DNA of 33,744 nucleotides from an uncultured virus (IMG/VR IMGVR_UViG_3300025010_002040) (Duplodnaviria; Heunggongvirae; Uroviricota; Caudoviricetes): IMG/VR virus record IMGVR_UViG_3300025010_002040; one strand, 5' to 3'. Shown piece by piece: positions 27,410 to 33,744 of this stretch (position 1 is its first letter; each line of letters starts with the position of its first letter). The notes under the pieces were generated by a model. It saw only the letters and a program-made list of their open reading frames with translations, ran no database searches and was not told where the DNA came from. The position numbers and the translations under genes were made by a program.

Positions 27410-27439
27410 TTGACCAAGCCACATTTGTTGCTCTATAAT
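27410..27439 (+). promoter_or_regulatory. Repressor promoter
   Basis: TTGACC-18 nt-TATAAT, then GAGGTG RBS. Confidence 0.7.
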
Positions 27440-27467
27440 ATAAATAGAAAGGTTAAAGAGGTGAATA

Positions 27468-28067
27468 ATGAACTATCAACTATTATCTGATGATGATTTT
27501 AATAATCTTTTCATTAGTGAAAACCTAAAAAGACTAAGACTTGCGAATAATTTATCTACTGTTCAAGTTGCACAAATAATAGGTAAATCTAGACAAGGTT
27601 ATGTTAACTATGAGTCGGGTGCTAGAGAAATTAGTATTCATGATCTAATAACTCTGTCAGGTTTTTATAATGTCCGAGTAGATGACATTATTGGTAATCC
27701 CTATTCAAACAGAAACGAAAAGGCTCTAACATTTAGAACCTTTGAGCATATAGAAGAAAAAATTGTACCATCAGTGCAAATATCTATATCAACCATAAAT
27801 GATGATATGATCGCATATAAGAAAAGCGATCTTGAAATCGACTTCTTTTGGAGAACTCAAAAGAATCAAAAGAATCGTGTAATGTTATTTGAGTACTACG
27901 ATAGAGTTTATGTCTCAAAAGTATATTTTAACAAAGACCATGGGGGTTTCTTTTTCATCAATGAAGAGCCTCTATACTTTACAAAAGCTAATGCTGAAAA
28001 TCTTATCTTTAAAGGTGTATATGCTTCAACACTCAAAAAAGATTTAATCATTGAAAACTTCTTCTAA
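27468..28067 (+). CDS. CI-like XRE HTH repressor
   Basis: NLKRLR...LSTVQVAQIIGKSRQGYVNYESG; divergent orientation; no clear S24 autoprotease motif. Confidence 0.82.
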   Translation: MNYQLLSDDDFNNLFISENLKRLRLANNLSTVQVAQIIGKSRQGYVNYESGAREISIHDLITLSGFYNVRVDDIIGNPYSNRNEKALTFRTFEHIEEKIVPSVQISISTINDDMIAYKKSDLEIDFFWRTQKNQKNRVMLFEYYDRVYVSKVYFNKDHGGFFFINEEPLYFTKANAENLIFKGVYASTLKKDLIIENFF

Positions 28068-28172
28068 CGATTATGCACTAAGCATATAGTATTGATTTTT
28101 CAAATGTGATAAACTGATGTTGGTAAATCAGACGGTTGTTGTCATATGATCAAATTGACGATAGATCCTTTT

Positions 28173-28201
28173 AAAGGAATTGCTTAGGCGATTCCTTTTT
28201 T
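28173..28201 (+). terminator. Intrinsic terminator
   Basis: AAAGGAATTGC-TTAG-GCGATTCCTTT-TTT. Confidence 0.8.
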
Positions 28202-28223
28202 CTTTGCATCTATATCAATAAAA

Positions 28224-28388
28224 ATGAGTATAATTATTAGTCCAGAAATGAAGTTCAATATAGCTAAGTCAATCGTAGTGAAGCTATTTAATCAAAAACT
28301 TATCACTATCGATGAATTTAGTATTATCATCAATAAGCTCGCATCAACCTACGGTATTACAAGCGATCTTAGAAAAAGCAATGATTAA
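28224..28388 (+). CDS. Small SHOCT-like protein upstream of the serine integrase (not in ORF track; start 28224 or 28248)
   Basis: MSIIISPEMKFNIAKSIVVKLFNQKLITIDEFSIIINKLASTYG...; LIT.DEF pattern and position; weak RBS. Confidence 0.5.
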   Translation: MSIIISPEMKFNIAKSIVVKLFNQKLITIDEFSIIINKLASTYGITSDLRKSND

Positions 28389-28397
28389 GTCACTAAT

Positions 28398-28438
28398 GAC
28401 TTGCTATTCATTGCTTTTTGAGTGATGTATATACTAAC
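28398..28438 (+). promoter_or_regulatory. Conserved upstream motif, copy 2
   Basis: GACTTGCTATTCATTGCTTTTTGAGTGATGTATA matches 14885-14844. Confidence 0.65.
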
Positions 28439-28456
28439 GAAAGGAGCGGTCAAAAT

Positions 28457-30175
28457 ATGAAAAACAAAACCGTAAGAATCATCCAACCAAAGACACATTA
28501 CACTTTGGATCAAATCAATAATCCAATTACCAGAAAACGAGTATGTGCTTATGTACGAGTATCAACAGACAACTTAGAACAAAAAACAAGTTATGAAGCA
28601 CAACGAGATGAATATACACAACGAATTACAAAGAATCCAGATTGGATATTTGATGGCATTTATGCAGACGAGGGCATCAGTGGGACTAGCACAAAGAACA
28701 GAAAACAGTTTAACTTAATGATCGAAAAAGCACGTGCTGGCCAGATCGATATTATACTTACCAAATCAATATCCAGGTTTGCAAGAAACACTGTGGATGC
28801 ACTTAACTACATTAGAGAGTTAAGACAAATCAATGTAGAGATTATTTTTGAAAAAGAAAACATTAGTTCCCTAGATCCTAAAGTAGAGTTTCTTCTGACC
28901 ATCATGTCATCAATGGCACAGGAGGAAGCAAGAAACGTATCAGAAAACGTCAAATGGAATGTTCAACGTCGTTTTAGAGAAGGTGTGCCTATTATCAACC
29001 ACCAACGCTTCCTTGGATATACTAAGGATAAAAAAGGTGGAAACCTAGTGGTTGTACCTGATGAAGCACAGATTGTTAAACTCATTTTCAATTTATACAT
29101 TAGTGGTGTTGGTCCAGCTAAAATTGCAAAACAACTCTTTGAGATGGGTGCAAAAACAGGTGCTGGTAAAACAGAGTGGCGACTTTCAACGATTACAACC
29201 ATTTTAAAAAATGAAAAATACATGGGTGATATGCTGCAACAAAAAACAATAAGCATCGATTATTTGAGTCACACAAGAGTTAAGAATAAAAATCATGCAC
29301 CTACTTATTATACAGAAAACAGTCATGAAGCAATCATTGATAGAGATACTTTTGAACTTGCACAACGCATTAGAAAAGATAGAGCTAAGGTTAGAATTGG
29401 CGAGGATAAAAACCTCTCAAAATATAGTAGAACATATCCTTTAACCGCAATGATTATATGTAGCGAATGTGGTCGAACGCTAAAAAGACGTTATTGGAAC
29501 TACGGTAAGCCATCACAAAGGGTGATGCAACAGTGTGGTAGCTACATTGAGGGTAAGGCAAATTGTAATGCAAAGGCAAGTCGTCAAGATCTTATAGAAG
29601 CAACCACAATCCACATGCTAAACAAAGTCTTCTTAAAAGATCTAGATATCATGTCAACCATTCAAAGGGTAATAAAATCAACCATCAAGGTTGATGATGT
29701 TGAAAGTGTCATTGAAAAGTTAACATTAGAAAGAGACGAAAACGAAATGGCATTATCCAATCTAATTGATACAAAAGTAAAAACACCAGATATTCCAGAA
29801 TCAATATTTAATGCCAAGTATAGAGAATACTCTGATCGTCTTAAAGTTCAAACAGCAGAGATTAACAAGCTTGAACTTGAACACGTAAAAAATTATGATA
29901 CCAAAAAACGTATGGATAAAATCAATGAGATTCTGGGTAAAAAGAATTTAGTCATCGATGAGCTAGATTCTGAGATATTGAGTACATTCATCTATAAAAT
30001 GATATCAGTCAGTCCAAATGAGATTGTATACTGTATTGCAGGAACCAAGAATTATTCAGACAATGAGTTCAAAGAACGACGTTTTGAGTTCTTAAATACT
30101 GAACCTATCATTGTGGAAACATATCACGCACCTGATGGCTTATCTAAGATGTTATATCGGGTTGTAGTGATATAA
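28457..30175 (+). CDS. Large serine recombinase (integrase)
   Basis: AYVRVST, DEGISGT, KSISRFARN, recombinase domain, zinc ribbon CSECG, coiled coil; ATG at 28457 after AAGGAG. Confidence 0.96.
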   Translation: MKNKTVRIIQPKTHYTLDQINNPITRKRVCAYVRVSTDNLEQKTSYEAQRDEYTQRITKNPDWIFDGIYADEGISGTSTKNRKQFNLMIEKARAGQIDIILTKSISRFARNTVDALNYIRELRQINVEIIFEKENISSLDPKVEFLLTIMSSMAQEEARNVSENVKWNVQRRFREGVPIINHQRFLGYTKDKKGGNLVVVPDEAQIVKLIFNLYISGVGPAKIAKQLFEMGAKTGAGKTEWRLSTITTILKNEKYMGDMLQQKTISIDYLSHTRVKNKNHAPTYYTENSHEAIIDRDTFELAQRIRKDRAKVRIGEDKNLSKYSRTYPLTAMIICSECGRTLKRRYWNYGKPSQRVMQQCGSYIEGKANCNAKASRQDLIEATTIHMLNKVFLKDLDIMSTIQRVIKSTIKVDDVESVIEKLTLERDENEMALSNLIDTKVKTPDIPESIFNAKYREYSDRLKVQTAEINKLELEHVKNYDTKKRMDKINEILGKKNLVIDELDSEILSTFIYKMISVSPNEIVYCIAGTKNYSDNEFKERRFEFLNTEPIIVETYHAPDGLSKMLYRVVVI

Positions 30176-30233
30176 TTTTTTAGCAAAAAGATGTTCTCAC
30201 ACTCAAGAAAATATATGCTTAGAGCATAGTTTG

Positions 30234-30269
30234 ATGTTTCCACATTGATTTCGATATGTTTCCACATTG
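30234..30269 (+). repeat. 14-bp direct repeat ATGTTTCCACATTG x2 (22-bp period)
   Basis: Copies at 30234-30247 and 30256-30269. Confidence 0.8.
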
Positions 30270-30280
30270 GGCAAAAAGCA

Positions 30281-30326
30281 AAAAAAGAAGCATTTAACCC
30301 AGTTTTAAAGGGGTAAATGCTTCTTC
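30281..30326. terminator. Bidirectional terminator-like hairpin
   Basis: AGAAGCATTT...AAATGCTTCT flanked by an A-run and a TC-rich run. Confidence 0.7.
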
Positions 30327-30367
30327 TTCTATTATACGAATGGCTTTGTTAAGCCGTTTTTAAAGAA

Positions 30368-30411
30368 AGCAATACGATGTTTTCAACGTGCGTTGAGTGA
30401 ACCATATTGCT
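30368..30411. other. Candidate serine-integrase att site
   Basis: AGCAATA-N8-TCAACG-TG-CGTTGA-N8-TATTGCT is symmetric about a central TG; the minus strand reads THVENIVLLSLKTA*, like an RlmD C-terminus. Confidence 0.7.
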
Positions 30412-30739
30412 CGAAAATAGGGTGTTGTGTGTACTCAAGAAACATTAAAATGGCCATTTTGATGTTTACACACACAATCATGAAAAAACAAAGAAACATA
30501 TAATCTATCATTTCATCTAAAATAGAATACTATTCTTTTTTAGATGAAACAATTCTTTTTTCCAAATGGTGGGTTGCATGACCTATTTTAATACAATTAC
30601 GCACCCTTGTCAAAATCTATGTACCCCTAGCCTATTTTTACGCACCCCTAAATTATGTCTTAACTAAGAAGTTTTTTTGAAACTTGGAGTTATCAAAAAC
30701 GACTGATCAAAATACTCTATACAGTCCAAAATAAGTTAA

Positions 30740-31390
30740 TCATTTTATTTTAAAAATTTGACCGTTTTCTATTTTATATATTTTGTTAAACCTATTGGCA
30801 AACTCAATATTATGTGTTACAGCAATTACAGTTGTACCATTTGAATTTAACTTTTTAAGGATGTTATATAATTGGTCAGAATTATCTTCATCTAGATTAC
30901 CTGTAGGTTCATCTGCAAGCACCAAAGTAGGATTATTAATAATTGCCCTAGCAACAGCTACTCTTTGCTGTTCTCCTCCTGATAAATATTTTGCTTTTCT
31001 ATTTAGTAAAGAATCAATATGTAATTTTTTTGCTATTTCATCTAATTCATTATCTTTATTCTTAGAGAATAATTTTGGTAAAAGTATATTTTGTCTGACT
31101 GAGTATTCCATGATTAAATTATAGTCTTGAAAAACAATACCAATATTACGGTTTCTAAACTCTGCTAAAGCTCTCTCATTCATATTATCCAGATTTAAGT
31201 TATTATATGTATACTTACCACTAGATAAAGTATCAATAGTTCCTAGGATGTTAACAAGTGTTGATTTTCCTGCTCCAGATTTACCAGTAATAGCAATGAA
31301 ATCACCTTCATTAAATGAGAAATTCATGTTATTTAAAATATACGTTTTTTCTTTGTCAAAACTTTTGTATGCATTATCTAACCTAAACAT
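30740..31390 (-). CDS. ABC transporter ATP-binding protein (LolD/MacB family)
   Basis: [23 protein letters not shown] and [10 protein letters not shown] motifs. Confidence 0.96.
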   Translation of the reverse strand: MFRLDNAYKSFDKEKTYILNNMNFSFNEGDFIAITGKSGAGKSTLVNILGTIDTLSSGKYTYNNLNLDNMNERALAEFRNRNIGIVFQDYNLIMEYSVRQNILLPKLFSKNKDNELDEIAKKLHIDSLLNRKAKYLSGGEQQRVAVARAIINNPTLVLADEPTGNLDEDNSDQLYNILKKLNSNGTTVIAVTHNIEFANRFNKIYKIENGQIFKIK

Positions 31391-31399
31391 ATTAATACC

Positions 31400-32515
31400 T
31401 CACATTTTTATTAGTTTTTTTACTGATTTTTTTCTTATTGATATTAATGACATATATGCTTGAACGACAGGAATTATCACTAATAAAATCATTACATAAA
31501 TCAAATAATCAATTCTAGGAATAGTTAAGCTTAATTGATTATAAGTAGATAATATTATTATAGATGATAATACACCTAATATTAAAGATACTATTGAAGA
31601 TATTGAACTAACTATAACGATCTCACCTACTAATATTTTCACTAAATCACTAAATTTCATACCCACAATATAAAGGGTCTTAATAAATTTTATTCTATCT
31701 TTAACTAATAATTTTATTGTAATATTCATATTAACAAAAGAAACAACTGCAATTAGTACAAAAAAAATGATTGGCAATTGGTATATAATAGAAAAATCAT
31801 TTAATTCTCGATTTAGTAACTCATTATAACTGACTACGGAATCATCTATAAAATCAGAATAAACACTTTCAATTATTAACTTGGTTTCATTTTCTCCAAA
31901 AGTAGAAATTATGTAATAAAACTCAAATATATACTTAGATATCCCATCATTACTTACAAAGATATTCTCGTTTATAAACTCCTCGTAAGATTCTACAGAC
32001 ATTATTGCAATATTAATTCCTTCATAGTTTTCAACATTTATTACGCGGCTTATATTAAATTCCTGATTATTTAAGAAGATTGTGTTTGAGCTATTCAATG
32101 TAGAATATACCTGTTGACTGACATAAACATTTGGCAATGTAGTACTGATTTCATTATAAAACACTACATCAAAATCATAGACATTATTATTAATTAGTGT
32201 TTTATTAAAATCAATATCTGTTCCTATTATTTCGATATTAGAAATATTATCTATGGTCCGAACAAAAGGGATAACCTCAGAAAAAGATTCTCTAAGTCTT
32301 TCATAGTAATTAATATCAATGTCTGAATATCTTGATTCATCAATAATTAGATAATATTCATCTTTAGTTATCGGTAATTGAGAAGTAATCGATTGACTGA
32401 CGCTCGCAACAAAAAATATGGAAAACACAACCGTTATCCCTGCGATAGCAAGTGAAATAATTGAAAAGAATAATCGTTTCTTCTTATTCATCAATATTAG
32501 ATCAATCATTCTCAT
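31400..32515 (-). CDS. ABC transporter permease (FtsX-like)
   Basis: N-terminal TM, extracellular domain, three C-terminal TMs; in an operon with the ATPase. Confidence 0.8.
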   Translation of the reverse strand: MRMIDLILMNKKKRLFFSIISLAIAGITVVFSIFFVASVSQSITSQLPITKDEYYLIIDESRYSDIDINYYERLRESFSEVIPFVRTIDNISNIEIIGTDIDFNKTLINNNVYDFDVVFYNEISTTLPNVYVSQQVYSTLNSSNTIFLNNQEFNISRVINVENYEGINIAIMSVESYEEFINENIFVSNDGISKYIFEFYYIISTFGENETKLIIESVYSDFIDDSVVSYNELLNRELNDFSIIYQLPIIFFVLIAVVSFVNMNITIKLLVKDRIKFIKTLYIVGMKFSDLVKILVGEIVIVSSISSIVSLILGVLSSIIILSTYNQLSLTIPRIDYLIYVMILLVIIPVVQAYMSLISIRKKSVKKLIKM

Positions 32516-33744
32516 ATTTTCACGTCCCTTAACTCTTCACTATAACTACTCTTGATAAATAATATAGAAACTAAAACATTTATAAAAGCTGTGATTGCAA
32601 GTACAGATATCAATATAATTCCAGCATTTCGTAGCAGATATAATATTCTTATATATGCTAAATTATTTAAAAATAACGATATAGTAAATAATGATATAAC
32701 TCCTAATACTAGTGAGGTAATACACCCTATAAGACTTGTGAAAAAAATCTCAAGAAAATTGATATAAATAATTCTTTTTTTAGTTGCACCAACAACTCTA
32801 TATATAGCATTATTTCTTTTAAATATACTGAAGAAGAAAGTTGCTACATTTATAAAATTGATAACTCCTAGAACAACTAAAACAGATGTAATTGAAGTAA
32901 TTACCAAGAAATATGTCTCATTATCCATAATTTTACGTTGAATCATATCACTTCTAGTCACCAATACATTGGAGTCTGAAATATTAAATCTATGGTTAAT
33001 ATCCTCTTTTAAATCTTTATCGCTCACGCTTTCATCATAAATTATGTAAAAATCAGGTAATACTGAATTATTAATAATTGTTTTATAGTAACAATAAGGA
33101 ATATATGCTTGTGTATAATATATATACGGATCAATAGCTTGACCAGCTTCAATACTTTTTTCAATGATTTGTTCTCTAGTCAAAGTATCACTTACTACTC
33201 CAATGACTTCAAAATTACCAAGAGATGTTTCGATTTTTTCACCAATAACATTATAAAACCCGAACAAATTCATTGCAGTAGTCTCATCAATAACTACCAC
33301 TGGATCTGTCATACCTATGTCCCAAATATTGCCATACAACAATTCTATCTTTTGAGTTATCACATTGGAATATCTATAATCAAACGCTGTAACTCCTGTT
33401 TCTAAAAAATCAGATGTTATTGCTGAGAAACTTATATTTTGTCTCATAGTTGAGGTTATCTCTGTAGACTTAATCAAAGTAGTATGTTCATAATTATCTC
33501 TAAGCTGTTCAACTTCGTTATCTGAAAAATAAAACCCATTAGGATAATATGAACTAGAGAAATTAGTTGTAACCAAAGCAGTCTGTTCATTGAAAGTAAT
33601 AGATGACTCTATTTTAGTAACTGAAACATCTCTAAACGAAATCATCAAAAAAATGGTAAGTACACTAATGAAAATAAATACCAAATTGTATATATTAAAC
33701 TCTTTGTAACTCAAAAATTTGTGATATAAATGTTTAGTTAGCAT
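32512..33744 (-). CDS. ABC transporter permease (MacB/FtsX-like); start at window edge
   Basis: LLYG, VVIDE, FEVIGVV and RVVGA motifs; 1+3 TM topology. Confidence 0.85.
   Translation of the reverse strand: MLTKHLYHKFLSYKEFNIYNLVFIFISVLTIFLMISFRDVSVTKIESSITFNEQTALVTTNFSSSYYPNGFYFSDNEVEQLRDNYEHTTLIKSTEITSTMRQNISFSAITSDFLETGVTAFDYRYSNVITQKIELLYGNIWDIGMTDPVVVIDETTAMNLFGFYNVIGEKIETSLGNFEVIGVVSDTLTREQIIEKSIEAGQAIDPYIYYTQAYIPYCYYKTIINNSVLPDFYIIYDESVSDKDLKEDINHRFNISDSNVLVTRSDMIQRKIMDNETYFLVITSITSVLVVLGVINFINVATFFFSIFKRNNAIYRVVGATKKRIIYINFLEIFFTSLIGCITSLVLGVISLFTISLFLNNLAYIRILYLLRNAGIILISVLAITAFINVLVSILFIKSSYSEELRDVKI

Larger units (their letters stand above)
1..30410. mobile_element. Prophage, HK97-like cos-type siphovirus (left part runs off the window)
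   Basis: Canonical order terS-terL-portal-protease-capsid-connectors-tail-chaperone-TMP, plus replication and lysogeny modules; serine integrase and att-like site at the right end. Confidence 0.95.

Noticed and set aside
28418..28456. Longer TTG start for the serine recombinase given in the ORF track
   Set aside because: It lies within the upstream regulatory motif; AAGGAG RBS supports ATG at 28457.
30251..30275. Plus-strand reading F-D-M-F-P-H resembling the RlmD motif
   Set aside because: Opposite orientation to the HVE segment, part of a direct repeat and not in an ORF; likely coincidental.
1..33744. tRNA/rRNA genes, IS elements, genetic code 4
   Set aside because: No cloverleaf, rRNA or transposase signatures seen; long ORFs are intact under code 11 and some end in TGA.

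Overview
Low-GC DNA read with the standard bacterial code (TGA is a stop, Trp is TGG), probably from a Bacillota/Acholeplasma-like host (inferred). Bases 1 to about 30400 are the right-hand part of an HK97-like, cos-type siphovirus prophage, mostly on the minus strand. Left to right it carries: tape measure (truncated), tail chaperone with a -1 frameshift, tail and head genes, portal, terminase, HNH, metK, a ParB-DNA methylase, a defence block (GmrSD-like gene, two adenine MTases, HNH nuclease), a late activator, a replication initiator with iterons, an antirepressor, an internal tyrosine recombinase, a cro/repressor switch, and a large serine integrase with a symmetric att-like site at about 30390. 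Beyond that site lies a very AT-rich MacB/FtsX-type ABC exporter. Several morons interrupt the late region: a membrane protein, a RES-domain protein, a HEPN-like protein and an HExxH peptidase. The most striking unannotated element is at 9598-10015 on the plus strand, antisense to the late operon. It has a near-consensus sigma70 promoter, a ~200-nt RNA of four hairpins with different stems but a shared AGGU(A/C)AAA loop, and a terminator with a competing antiterminator helix. A 30-aa hydrophobic toxin-like ORF follows, with perfect 16-nt complementarity to the leader RNA. All calls come from motif recognition by eye; no searches were run.
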